A stretch of 63,828 bases of DNA, filler included, from Stramenopiles sp. TOSAG23-2 (taxonomy: Eukaryota): assembly GCA_900128395.1 (NCBI GenBank). It is 13 parts of 13 records of this genome, joined end to end, with 100 filler letters (N's around TTAATTAATTAA, not from the genome) between each part and the next. Parts side by side here need not be neighbours in the genome. Positions count along the whole stretch, not along the records: positions 10,455 to 15,579 come from LT650728.1; positions 15,680 to 20,803 come from LT650729.1; positions 20,904 to 26,027 come from LT650730.1; 10 more parts are not named here. One strand, written 5' to 3'. Positions 10,455 to 21,288 of this stretch are shown piece after piece. Positions within the stretch are counted from its first letter, which is position 1; every line of letters begins with the position of its first letter. The notes under the pieces are model-generated. The model searched no databases. It was not told where the DNA came from and was given only the letters and a program-made list of their open reading frames with translations. The position numbers were made by a program, and so were the translations under genes.

Positions 10455-13400
10455 GAAGTTGACGGAGAAGAGAAAGATAGAAAGGTAAAGAAAAGCCCAA
10501 GTGCAATTCCAATTGACGAGAGCATGCAAATATTACCACCAGCAGGCAATAAAAGTGCTGCTACAACCTCCGATGGCGCTAATGCAAAGAAAGAAGTGGA
10601 AGATGCGTCGAAATTGCCACCAAAAACCCCAAAGAGTGCCGCCTCTACATTACTAACAGGGGACCGACCACCAGGAGCAATTGAATTACCAACATGTGAA
10701 TTAAGTCGAAAATTGCAAACTTGTGTTGATCAAATGTTGATAAGAGATAGAGAAGAAGAAGCGGCAAGACGGGATGTTCCAGTGAACGATGTAGAAACAG
10801 CTGAGAATATTTGCATCCGCGTGGTTTCGTCCATTGATAAAGTAGTGAAAATATTCCCACGATTAGCAGCGCGTACGAACTACCCGGAAAATATTAGCTA
10901 TCGGTCAAAAGCTATATTAATGTTTCAACGAGGTACCGATGACATTGATATATGCTTGTATGCAATGTATGTGCAAGAATACGGACATGAATGCAGTGAT
11001 CCAAATAAACGGTTTAGTTACATCGCATACTTGGATAGTGTGAACTATTTAAAACCAAGACGATTGCGTACAAAAATTTATCATGAGCTATTAGTTGCAT
11101 ATTTAGATTCTATTAAAGCTCGTGGCTTTAGTACAGTGTTTATTTGGGCCTGTCCTCCTCCACATAAGCGTGATGATTATATTTTACATTGCCATCCGGA
11201 GACACAACGAATGCCAAGTGCTGATCGGTTGAGGGAGTGGTATCATGATATGATTGCGTTGGCGTTAAAGCGAAAAATTGTTGTAGAGAGCACAACTTTG
11301 TACAAAGAATATATTGAACATTACCATCCTCAAAGGATTAAACGCCGCATCACTTTGTTAAAAAAACGTGTGCAAATGGAAATCAATTTCCAAAAGCAGA
11401 AACAGAAGAAATTGCTAGAAGAGAAGCGCAAAAAGGAAGAGGCGTTGAATGGTGGGAAAAAAAAGATGGAAAAGCCAAAACCAAAGCCTGCACGCAGAGC
11501 AAGGAAACAAACTGCATTAATTCCTATACGCACGATTAGTCCACGGCAAACTAGGAGTAAACGCAAGAGCAATATGATTGATAATATCAACGCCATTGCA
11601 ATTGCTAATGCTAATGGGGCTATCACTTCAACTGCTGCTGCTGGAAATGGTGTTGGTGCTAATATTAATGTCAACAATCCAAATGCAGCTGTTACAAAGG
11701 CACTTGACACAGGCGGTATCATTCAATCTTCTACTGGTTTATTGAGTTTACCATTAGGCGCTCCTCTAGGCAGCACCCCAAGCAATGCTGACAAAAAGAA
11801 GCCAATGAAGACAGACGAAGAGATTTTGGATGAGTTGGAACCAAATGTTAGCCGACCATTGCCTCCAGCAATGTTGCCATATTTTGAAGGAGATTTCTGG
11901 GTGTCTGAAGGAGAACTAATATTGAAGTTCTTTATGAAAGATGATATTAAGAAGAAATTAGAAGAGGAAGAAAGAAAAATATTAGATGCTGGTGGCAGAC
12001 GAGCTAGGAAACGACGCAGGACAAAAAATTATGCAGAAGAGAAAATGGCTGCCATGTTACTTGGTGATTCAAAATCAAAAAATAATGGTTTTGCTTCTGC
12101 ATCATCATCCTCCAGCAGCTCAACATCAACAGGAGTTAATAACAATGCAACAACTGCGGTTGATAAAAATGGGAAACCAATTAAAAACGGTACGGGTGAC
12201 AAGAAAAAGGCTGGAGGAAAAGTTGAGGAGGATGAGGAGGAAGAAGAAAAATTTGATAAGTTATCCCCGGAGGAACGCGATAAAGAACACATTCGTTTAA
12301 TGCGTAGATTAGCAACTCTGATGGAACCTATGAAAGCAGATTTCTTAGTATGCAAGTTAAAACATACATGCTCGCGATGCCATAAATATATCTTGAATGG
12401 AACTCGTTACAAATGTGAACGAAGTGAAAGTGTTGGTCATCCATTTAATTTGTGCCAGGCATGCTATGATATTGAAAATGCTAAAACAGGGTTAAATAAA
12501 ACATTGCATGAAGTGCATTGTGAACGCGTTCGTGAAGATGCTGCATATAATTTAGGTGGTGGGGGCACAAGTGGTTTCAAACGCTTATTAAGTATTGATC
12601 GGGAAGAAATGTCAAAAAATAGATCAAAAAATGCATCGAGCCCTTCAAAGAAAGAAAGTTCCGGTAGTAGTAGTAGTAGTAGTAAGAAGAAAACTACATC
12701 GAGTTCTTCACCTTCTAACGCTTCTGCAAAGACTACTACTACCACTACTAGTAGTAGTAGCAGTGTCCGTTCTAGTAGGCATAGCAGTAGATCTAATGGA
12801 ATTGCCACAACGACTACAACGACTACAAGTTCGCGAAGGAGTTCCCGTCGTGGTGCTAGTGCAAAGACGGAGGATGTCCCATCATTGGAAGATGTTTTAC
12901 GAAGAAATAAGTTGAAAAACAGCAAAAAGAAAGAGGAAAAAGATGGCGACGAGAAAGAAGAGCAAGAGAAAGAAGACAAGCCACCAGTATTGTTGCCACC
13001 TACAAAAGTTTCCTCTAAAAAAGCAGCCATTTTGGATAAAGTCAAAGCAAATGAGCAACGAAGAAGTAGGGCATTGGCGCTAAAAAAGGCGAATTATGAA
13101 CGATTGATTGAAGTAATGGCATGGGATGATGAGAAACATGTATTGACCACAGCGAAAGAGAGTACTGTGGACGATACGAAAGACCCTGACGATAAATTGG
13201 ATTGCCCTATTTTAAATAGCAGATTAGCTTTGTTAGGTGTATGCCAAGGCAATCGTTATCAATTTGATCAAAAAAGGCGTGCAAAACATAGTACGATGAT
13301 GCTTCTATATCACTTGCACAATCCAAAAGTACCATTGTATGTCCACACGTGTAATGAATGCCAAAAGGATATTTTGGGAAGTTGCCGTTTCCATTGTAGT

Positions 13401-14003
13401 GTATGTCCAGATTTCGATTTATGCGCTAGATGTTATCGTGATGTGCACCATATACATCGTTTGAAACGAATTGAAGTCGATGTTAGTGGTACAGCAGATG
13501 AGGAGACGAACAAGGAAGAACGTAAGAAACGTTCATTGGCATTGTTTTTGGATTCATTAGTTCATGCAACAGATTGCCCTGGCTGTTCTAGACCAGAATG
13601 TAGGAAAATGAAAGAGTTATTGGTACATCGTAATCAATGCAAAGTTCGGGCTAGTGGTGGTTGTGACACGTGTCAACGCATTCTATGTTTATTGCAAATA
13701 CATGCTAGACAATGCAAAAAGGAAAATTGCAAAGTATTGTATTGCAAAGTTTTGAAACGACGCATTCAAGCAAGCAACGAACGTAAAAGACTAGCTAAGG
13801 CACAAAAAGAAGAAAAAGTTTGCCTACCATGTCCGCCTAGTAAGGAGAATGGTACTAATAAAGATAAAACTAAATCGGAGGTAATTGATAAGGATGTAAA
13901 TGGTATAAAAGGTGAAGAGGGGAAGAAGAAGGGTGTAAGCGAGAATGGTACTACTAATAAAGATAGTGCAGATGCCGACAATAAAATGGATGTTGAAAAA
14001 TAA
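10455..14003 (+). CDS. CBP/p300-type (KAT3/HAC-like) histone acetyltransferase, 5'-partial: HAT domain, two ZZ zinc fingers, TAZ zinc finger
   Basis: YVQEYG, YIAYLDSV, IWACPP..DDYILHCHP..Q, LPYFEGDFW, YQFDQKRRAKHSTMMLLYHLHN, CSVCPDFDLCARCY and LVHATDC..CRKMK..LQIHARQC. The frame is open back to the contig start. Confidence 0.95.
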   Translation, partial: EVDGEEKDRKVKKSPSAIPIDESMQILPPAGNKSAATTSDGANAKKEVEDASKLPPKTPKSAASTLLTGDRPPGAIELPTCELSRKLQTCVDQMLIRDREEEAARRDVPVNDVETAENICIRVVSSIDKVVKIFPRLAARTNYPENISYRSKAILMFQRGTDDIDICLYAMYVQEYGHECSDPNKRFSYIAYLDSVNYLKPRRLRTKIYHELLVAYLDSIKARGFSTVFIWACPPPHKRDDYILHCHPETQRMPSADRLREWYHDMIALALKRKIVVESTTLYKEYIEHYHPQRIKRRITLLKKRVQMEINFQKQKQKKLLEEKRKKEEALNGGKKKMEKPKPKPARRARKQTALIPIRTISPRQTRSKRKSNMIDNINAIAIANANGAITSTAAAGNGVGANINVNNPNAAVTKALDTGGIIQSSTGLLSLPLGAPLGSTPSNADKKKPMKTDEEILDELEPNVSRPLPPAMLPYFEGDFWVSEGELILKFFMKDDIKKKLEEEERKILDAGGRRARKRRRTKNYAEEKMAAMLLGDSKSKNNGFASASSSSSSSTSTGVNNNATTAVDKNGKPIKNGTGDKKKAGGKVEEDEEEEEKFDKLSPEERDKEHIRLMRRLATLMEPMKADFLVCKLKHTCSRCHKYILNGTRYKCERSESVGHPFNLCQACYDIENAKTGLNKTLHEVHCERVREDAAYNLGGGGTSGFKRLLSIDREEMSKNRSKNASSPSKKESSGSSSSSSKKKTTSSSSPSNASAKTTTTTTSSSSSVRSSRHSSRSNGIATTTTTTTSSRRSSRRGASAKTEDVPSLEDVLRRNKLKNSKKKEEKDGDEKEEQEKEDKPPVLLPPTKVSSKKAAILDKVKANEQRRSRALALKKANYERLIEVMAWDDEKHVLTTAKESTVDDTKDPDDKLDCPILNSRLALLGVCQGNRYQFDQKRRAKHSTMMLLYHLHNPKVPLYVHTCNECQKDILGSCRFHCSVCPDFDLCARCYRDVHHIHRLKRIEVDVSGTADEETNKEERKKRSLALFLDSLVHATDCPGCSRPECRKMKELLVHRNQCKVRASGGCDTCQRILCLLQIHARQCKKENCKVLYCKVLKRRIQASNERKRLAKAQKEEKVCLPCPPSKENGTNKDKTKSEVIDKDVNGIKGEEGKKKGVSENGTTNKDSADADNKMDVEK

Positions 14004-14202
14004 GCGAGGGGGGGTATATTATAAAACAATCTCAGCAGAGAGTTTATTACTCGTAGTCTTTTATATTTTTTTTAATATTTTTTAGAATGTTTTTTAAATT
14101 ATATACGAACGTATATTACGACTCGTATTTTTTTTTTTACAGATTTCTTTTAGAGCATGTTGTCTTCTTCCGATAACTCGTTAACTATTTTTTTTGCATT
14201 TG

Positions 14203-14287
14203 AATATAATATCAATCTTCTACCTAGATGTATATATGATAACACATACACAATAATTTTAATAGGTAAAGGCATCATTTCTATATT
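14203..14287 (-). promoter_or_regulatory. Eukaryotic SECIS element, type II, in the 3' UTR of the 14458-14733 gene
   Basis: Minus strand reads AATATAG-AA-ATGAT-GCCTTTACCTA-TT-AAAA-TTAT-TGTGTATGTG-TTAT-CATATATACA-TC-TAGGTAGAAGAT-TGAT-A-TTATATT. This gives helix I, the AUGA/GA core, an ~11-bp helix II, unpaired AA 13 nt after the core and an extra apical mini-helix. Folded by hand. Confidence 0.8.
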
Positions 14288-14457
14288 GACAATATGCAAA
14301 ATCAACAAAACGAACTAAATTGGAAGATGTAAATTTAATGTCATAGCATATACTTCGTATTTCTTTATTATCTTGTTTTTATTTTTCCAAATTACAATTT
14401 ACATTATACTCAGTAATATTATGCATATATATATGTACAAATTGTTGATATATTTTT

Positions 14458-14733
14458 TTATGCTAATTTTTTTAAATTATTCATAATAATCTTAATGGTA
14501 TTGGCTCTATTTTCCGCATATTTTCGAAATAAACTTTTTTGGCTACCTTCCCAAACAATTTTACTATCAGCACTACGTACAATTTTTACTGTTATCGGGT
14601 ATTCTTGTGAGCCTTCTGCCTCCACTTTAGCATCTTTAAACACGTTTTTTACACAAGCAATAGCGGTATCTCGTTCTTGCCCGCCACCGTCTCAGTTAAA
14701 TGAATAAAATACTTTAAATGAATTGTTTGACAT
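14458..14733 (-). CDS. Candidate small selenoprotein (91 aa, Sec at codon 14, SxxU motif; Rdx/SelW-like layout inferred)
   Basis: ATG at 14733 gives MSNNSFKVFYSFN-TGA(14694-14692)-DGGGQERDTAIACVKNVFKDAKVEAEGSQEYPITVKIVRSADSKIVWEGSQKSLFRKYAENRANTIKIIMNNLKKLA*; a SECIS lies ~170 nt downstream of the stop on the same strand. Confidence 0.82.
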
Positions 14734-15579
14734 CTTCGTTATATATATATATATTCTGTTTGGTGTTTTTTTTTTCCGTACTTTTATATTTTTTTTATAT
14801 TCACTATTTTTTTGTTTTGTAATATATATTCTTTCCTTTTGTAGTTTCAGTTTTCTATTTTCTCTATACATCTTTATACACTTCGTGCATAAAAAATAAT
14901 AGCAACTGCAATATTAAATAATGTTTAGTGTTGTTCTTTTTCGAATTCCTTTTTTTCTTGATGAGATGCCAGGAGGCCAGCTGGCCAGGAGGATGATGAA
15001 GAATAATATATTATAAATAATAATAATAATTTCTTCTTCCTCCTCTTGCCTGGCTTGCCCTCCTCCGACCTCCGACCGATCATCCAAAAATTGTGCTTGT
15101 TAGTATACTAATATAGAGATAGGCGAATAAGACTAAAAACCTTAAAATGCTCCCGCTCTCCCGTCTTATATTCTCTGGTGCTGTCTGGCTGTGTTAGTGT
15201 GTGCTTTGAAATTTGTCTTCTGTCAACATCATCATCTCGAAAAGCGTTATATTATTATATTCATCACGCTTTTTCATATAATATCATTGTACACTCTTGT
15301 ACACATCCATTTAAACAAAAACAATTTGATGTGTGTCATCACGGAACGTCGTCATCAGTCAATGTGGTTCATATTCAGAAAAGATATTTTGTCAAAAAGA
15401 AAAAGGTATTTAATCAGAGTGTTTTTTCAATTATAGTTTTATACGATAATACATCTTTAGAGAAACGTGTGTATACATATATATATATATATATATATTA
15501 TACACGCATACTGTAGAGGAGGAAGAGGAAGAAGAAGAAGAAACCGATGATACACTTAATGAACAAGAAGCAAAAAAGT

Positions 15580-15679
15580 NNNNNNNNNNNNNNNNNNNNN
15601 NNNNNNNNNNNNNNNNNNNNNNNTTAATTAATTAANNNNNNNNNNNNNNNNNNNNNNNNNNNNNNNNNNNNNNNNNNNN
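15580..15679. other. Artificial contig linker
   Basis: 44 N + TTAATTAATTAA + 44 N. Confidence 0.99.
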
Positions 15680-16935
15680 ATATTCTCCCAATCAATATAA
15701 AATTCTTCTGCTGATGTATTGTTTTTCAAAACAGGGACAAGTTGATTTATTTCCACTTTACTTAAATTAAAGAAACGCAACGTTTTGACACTATTTGCAT
15801 TGATTGCATCTAAATTTAAACCACTCCCTAATTCCAATAAATGATGGATATATTGCTTTAACGTTATCCCCATTGCCTGAATGGTGATGTACACCGTTAT
15901 TATTAATCGTAAAATGGAAATGAAAGATACAATTAACGAAATGGTTACGATATTTTGTGTACTTAAAAATGCACGTTGATCTTGAAATCCACATGCACCA
16001 TTTAAGCATCTAAAATACAAAAACAATTGTATGATCGACTGGGGAACTGATTCAACACATACTTCTACAAGTGTTCGTTGTGCGTCGTATTGGATTATAA
16101 ATGGTATAATTTCTGGATTTAAATATTTTTGCAATGGGCGATATATTAACATCAAGACATCAAATACAATCACTAATATTGGCGATAATAAAAAACCAAT
16201 AAATCTTTTAAAATTATTCATACGAATGATGTTCAAATCTTTATTTGTGTAAAATGTTTTTGGCAATTGATCATAATCTTTTATTTCTAACTGTTTCACA
16301 CGTGTTATGATTCTATCTTCCACTACACTATCGCGTTTCTCATAACTCCATGCATAAAATTCGATATCATATGTATTATCATCATCATTAATTTTAATAA
16401 TATTTCCTGGTTGATGTCTATCATATCCCCAATGTGGCTTCCGTGCTTCTACTTTATCACCAACTTTCAAACGTGCTGGTGGATTTTGATATAGATCTTT
16501 TTTAAAATAAACATTTAAGCCAATCATACCAAAAAGATATTGAAGTAGTAAGAAAAATAACATCATGTAAAAGTAATCTTGAACAGCATCATTATTCGAT
16601 ATTTCAAATACTAAAGTTGTATCAGAAATAATATCAACAAAAAAAATCAACAGTTTCCCAATAGCATGTACTGTTAGAATAATAGAGACGATACCAGGAT
16701 GATTCTCTTTAAATCTTCTCAATTTCATTCCTATCGAATTGACTTTATTCCCAACAAATGCACGTGCTAGTGATACTCTTCTACGCCGACGAGGAGGAGG
16801 AGCATTTGTTGTATGATGATGCGGTTCATGATGATGGTTAGGAATAGTGTTGCTACTATCCTTGTTCATGATAGGATTTTTCACCATGGCCATTTCAATA
16901 TCATTAACATTATCTAAATGGGATAAGTTTGACAT
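15680..16935 (-). CDS. XK-related-like membrane protein with Tudor/Agenet-like insertion and the probable start of an LRR region; 3'-truncated
   Basis: FFVDIISDTTL and EVCVESVPQSIIQLF are XK-like. LKVGDKVEARK..PGNIIKINDDDNTYDIEFY..EKRDSV is a Tudor-like barrel. LVPVLKNNTSAEEFYI is RI-type LRR-like. Confidence 0.6.
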
Positions 16936-17056
16936 AATTTCTTTTTCCGGATATATATATATAATACTCCTACCAACAAAAGAATAATACGTTATCAATA
17001 TACAGTTAAATAACCAAGAAAAGTGATAAAATTTCTATGGGTTGTTCAGTGAGGAT

Positions 17057-17254
17057 GGATTGCTGGATTGCTGGATTGCCAGATTGCCAGATTGCCAGAT
17101 TGCCAGATTGCCTGCCCAGCCTGCCAAGATTAAGATTGCTGGATTGCTGGATTGCCAGATTGCCAGATGATCAGATGATTGCCACAGATTGCTGATGTAA
17201 TCTAGGTCCTATTAGGATTGCTGGATGATTGCCAGATTGCTGGATTGGATTGCC
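17057..17254. repeat. Degenerate 8-bp minisatellite (GATTGCCA/GATTGCTG)n in a divergent intergenic region
   Basis: More than a dozen perfect or near-perfect units are visible. Confidence 0.9.
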
Positions 17255-17804
17255 CTTATACTATCCAGTCTAATGCTATACAGATGCTATTTTTAAAAAT
17301 CAATAGTGTATCGTTTTAATTATTTAAAAAACAAGTTATATTAAAATATGGGCGATCCAAAGAAATCAAATATCGGAGGCGCAAGGAAAAATCTTCAAAA
17401 TCCCTTCGAAATTAGCATGTAAATAGCATGGAGGACTTTTTGATATTTGGTCCAGTGAATAGAATAAATTGAATAAATCAAACCTAACATTGTTGTTTAA
17501 AATACATATAGAAAGATGAAAGAGGAAGTGAGAGTGAGATTATGTAGGAATGTCATAATATTCAGAAGAGTAGTATATCATTTATACGACTATATATATA
17601 ATCTATCAAATAATATATATATACAATCTATCAAATACTTGATATATATATATATATTTTGTGTTTGATTGTAATATTCGATTTATTATTTTTCGTATTA
17701 TTATTTTTTTTCTTTTTAATTTTGATTAAAACTAGAAAAAAAATTTATTATACTATATATATAATATATTCAAATACAAATTATAATAATACTACAACAA
17801 AAAT

Positions 17805-19613
17805 ATGTCCCAAAATAACGAAGAAGAACAAGCGATCTATGAAGATAATGCACAACAAGATCAGCAAGAGGAAAATACTCGTTCACGTTCACATAGTCGA
17901 GAACGAGTAGATAGAAACGTTGAAGTTGATGATTATAATAACAACAATAATAATAATATAAATATTATTTCTGCCAATCTTGCAAATAATAATAACAATG
18001 ATAATAATAACAACGACAATAATAATAGCCACTTAAGCAACACCAATGGCATATTGACCTTTCCTTCATCGTCATCATCATCTAACAATTTGCAGAGCAA
18101 CTCATTAACCATTCCACCATCGTCAGATAATCAACCCAAAAAGAAAATGAACGCCGACTTTCAATATAAAATTAAATACTTATGTTCCAGTAATGAAGCT
18201 GGAAGTGTTATTGGAAAAGGTGGCAAACGTTTAAGAGAAATGGAACAAGAATGCAATGCAACATTGCAAATATCCGATGCAAAACGACCACGATATCCAT
18301 TGACACCATACCGTATTGGTTATGTTGGTTGCGATGACTTTGGTAACTTTTTAAAAGCGGTATCATATTGTGTTGAACGTGTTTTAATTTCACAGCAAGA
18401 TTCTGGTTCTTTGCTATTACCAAATGGCGCGCAAGGCACATTAAATGATCCAACTGAATGTAAATTCCAATTATTGGTACCAACTCGATCAAGTGGTGCA
18501 TGTATCGGCTCGCAAGGCAAAGTTATAAAAGCTATACAAAAAGATACAAATACAACCGTTGTTGTCGAAGGCATGCGTGAAACCATGCGTTATAGAACAT
18601 CGGAACGTATCGTTTTCATCACTGGTGAACCAACTAATGTTATAGAATCATGTAGTAGACTTTTAAAAGAAATAAATGAAAGTGAAACTGGTTTTGTCTA
18701 TGATAATCCAACTATACACTACCAAGGCAATCCTGGCAGACGAGGTGATGGTTATGGTGGTGGTTATAACAATGATCGTCAATACAACAATCGTTACATG
18801 CAACAAGGTGGTGGTGGTGGAAGAGGAGGTGGAAGAGGCTTCCAACGTCAAGGTGGACCAGGTTACAACAGGAGACAATATGATGATCGTCATGATAACA
18901 ATAATTCCATGAATCGAGGTTGGGGTGGCAACAACAACAACAGCAACAACAACAACAATGGAGGAGGTCATAATAACCATAACAACATTAACAACAATCG
19001 ATGGGATAATCGCAATATGCCTCCTGGTGATATGATTGGAAAACGTGGTCGATACGATAACAATAACAGTTCCAATAATAGTGGCGGTATAAATGGATCT
19101 CAAAACCAAATGTTACGTCCAATATATAATAATGATACTTCGTCTAAACGTGTTGCAATCGAGGAAAGGTATGTTGGTGCTATTATCGGCAAAGGTGGCA
19201 GTACTATTCGAAAAATACAAGAGGAATGTAATGCAAGAATCCATATTGAAGATAAAAATCCTCAAGGAAATGGGCATCGTCATCTTAATATCACTGGAAG
19301 TAGTGATGCGATCAGTTCTGCACAAACCTTGATTCAACAAATAATGGGCGCAGCAATGACTAAATTCAACCAAGCACCTAATCAATTTACTGGTGGAGGT
19401 GGAGGAGGAAATGGTGGTGGTGGAGGAGGAGGAAATGGTGGTGGAGGAGGAAGAAATGGTGGTGGTGGACCACCACCTTCATGGGGAGGAAACAACAATA
19501 ACCAATCCTCCTCATATAATTACCAAGGTTCTTCATATGGTGCAATTGGTAGTAACGGTGGCAACAATGGTAATAATAATGGTGGCGGTGGTGGTGGCTA
19601 TCAATATTATTAA
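17805..19613 (+). CDS. Three-KH-domain RNA-binding protein (PCBP/Nova-like) with N/G/Q/Y low-complexity regions
   Basis: AGSVIGKGGKRLREM, SGACIGSQGKVIKAI and VGAIIGKGGSTIRKIQEE (GxxG loops); RGG and prion-like tracts. Confidence 0.92.
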   Translation: MSQNNEEEQAIYEDNAQQDQQEENTRSRSHSRERVDRNVEVDDYNNNNNNNINIISANLANNNNNDNNNNDNNNSHLSNTNGILTFPSSSSSSNNLQSNSLTIPPSSDNQPKKKMNADFQYKIKYLCSSNEAGSVIGKGGKRLREMEQECNATLQISDAKRPRYPLTPYRIGYVGCDDFGNFLKAVSYCVERVLISQQDSGSLLLPNGAQGTLNDPTECKFQLLVPTRSSGACIGSQGKVIKAIQKDTNTTVVVEGMRETMRYRTSERIVFITGEPTNVIESCSRLLKEINESETGFVYDNPTIHYQGNPGRRGDGYGGGYNNDRQYNNRYMQQGGGGGRGGGRGFQRQGGPGYNRRQYDDRHDNNNSMNRGWGGNNNNSNNNNNGGGHNNHNNINNNRWDNRNMPPGDMIGKRGRYDNNNSSNNSGGINGSQNQMLRPIYNNDTSSKRVAIEERYVGAIIGKGGSTIRKIQEECNARIHIEDKNPQGNGHRHLNITGSSDAISSAQTLIQQIMGAAMTKFNQAPNQFTGGGGGGNGGGGGGGNGGGGGRNGGGGPPPSWGGNNNNQSSSYNYQGSSYGAIGSNGGNNGNNNGGGGGGYQYY

Positions 19614-20175
19614 ATTCATGTCGAAGAAGAAGAAGAATTAGAATTCTGTAACCAAGGTTCTTCATATGGTGCAATTGGTAGTAACGGTGGCAACAATGGT
19701 AATAATAATGGTGGCGGTGGTGGTGGCTATCAATATTATTAAATTCATGTCGAAGAAGAAGAAGAATTAGAATTCTGTTTTGTATGTACATGTATAATAT
19801 TATTGTCATATAATATATATATACACACACATACATAGTATATCATCAACGAAAAAAAGTTTCATCTTTATTCATCTTAACTTTTTTTCTTTCATTGAAA
19901 AGAATTCAAAAAACAAATCATTATACCAAGGTTCTTCATATGGTGCAATTGGTAGTAACGGTGGCAACAATGGTAATATTAATGGTGGCGGTGGTGGTGG
20001 CTATCAATATTATTAAATTCATGTAGAAGAAGAAGAAGAATTAGAATTCTGTTTTGTATGTACATGTATATATATATATATATACATACATAGTATATCA
20101 TCAACGAAAAAAAGTTTCATCTTATTCATCTTAACTTTTTTTCTTTCATTGAAAAGAATTCAAAAAACAAATCAT
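19521..20175. repeat. Three copies of the KH gene 3' end and UTR with small variants
   Basis: accaaggttcttcatatggtgcaattgg starts at ~19522, ~19651 and ~19925; the third copy carries SNPs and microsatellite length changes. Confidence 0.88.
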
Positions 20176-20803
20176 TTTTAAAATCAACCTCAAAAGGTGT
20201 TTATCAATATACATAGTCGTTCTTATACCAAAGTCCAAAAGCAAGCAAATAAAAAAATATGTGTATTTGATATAATATTCGAAAACCTTTCGAATTTAAT
20301 TTAAAGTAAATATTACGACGTGCACGTCGTTATATATTAAATATAAAAGTATTAATATATATACGAACTCGTCGTATATAAACAAAAAAGACAAGGGGAT
20401 ATATATGTGGGTAATTCGTTTTAGAAATTAAAAAATTTAAATTACTAAAGTTTTATTTAGAAAGCTGAAGTGCATTCAAGTTGTTGAATGCGTTTTTTTT
20501 AAAGAGTAGAAAAGTGAAAGAGTGTGGCTCGTGTGCTCTCCAGTAAAAAAATTTTAAATTTCTATATCAAATTATAAAATGATACGATCGTATCTGTCAT
20601 ACAAAGTACGTACGATTTAATTTACGCATAATTTATATTTTTAATTTACTCATGATAATTCCTACTCTTTAAAAAAATAAAATAACTGAAATAAATATTA
20701 TCAATATACGATTCGTACATTTAAAGAAGCACTTCAGGATCTTTATCCGGATAGTTACCGGTTGTTGTTCACAACAGGATCTTTCACTTTGACAGCCTCA
20801 TCG

Positions 20804-20903
20804 NNNNNNNNNNNNNNNNNNNNNNNNNNNNNNNNNNNNNNNNNNNNTTAATTAATTAANNNNNNNNNNNNNNNNNNNNNNNNNNNNNNNNNNNNNNNNN
20901 NNN
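20804..20903. other. Artificial contig linker
   Basis: 44 N + TTAATTAATTAA + 44 N. Confidence 0.99.
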
Positions 20904-21189
20904 AGTTCCATATTTTAAACATTTTCTAATAAAATAGTCAAAAACGTCATTTATTTTGTACAGAATATCATTACATATTTAAAATATCCGAAATATGTGT
21001 CCCATATCGTCCAAAATATTGCGAGTTGTCAAGATGTCCATTTTTCCTGGGGACAAATTGTCCCCGGCTAATGCTATCTTACACTAAAGATAGACATTAG
21101 GGTAATGGAAAATACCAAAAAAAGCTCCATATAGCGAGTACACAGCATGGTATAATGGCACATAAGATAGTTCGACAGCTTTAACGGCC

Positions 21190-21288
21190 GGCAGCGAGGT
21201 GGAACCCTAATTGGAACACGGATGAATTGGCAGCGAGTTGGAACCCTAATTGGAACACGGATGATATGTGGAACCCTAATTGGAACAT
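21190..21288. repeat. Three copies of TGGAACCCTAATTGGAACA (spacing 39 and 30 bp)
   Basis: Copies at 21200, 21239 and 21269. Confidence 0.85.

Noticed and set aside
14292-14352. Second SECIS-like candidate on the minus strand (ATATGC-T-ATGAC...TGAT-TTT-GCATAT)
   Set aside because: Helix II next to the core pairs poorly and there is no correctly placed apical AA; the 14203-14287 hairpin fits much better
21190-21288. CRISPR-like repeat-spacer pattern
   Set aside because: Only three units, the spacers are short and similar to each other, the context is eukaryotic and there are no cas genes
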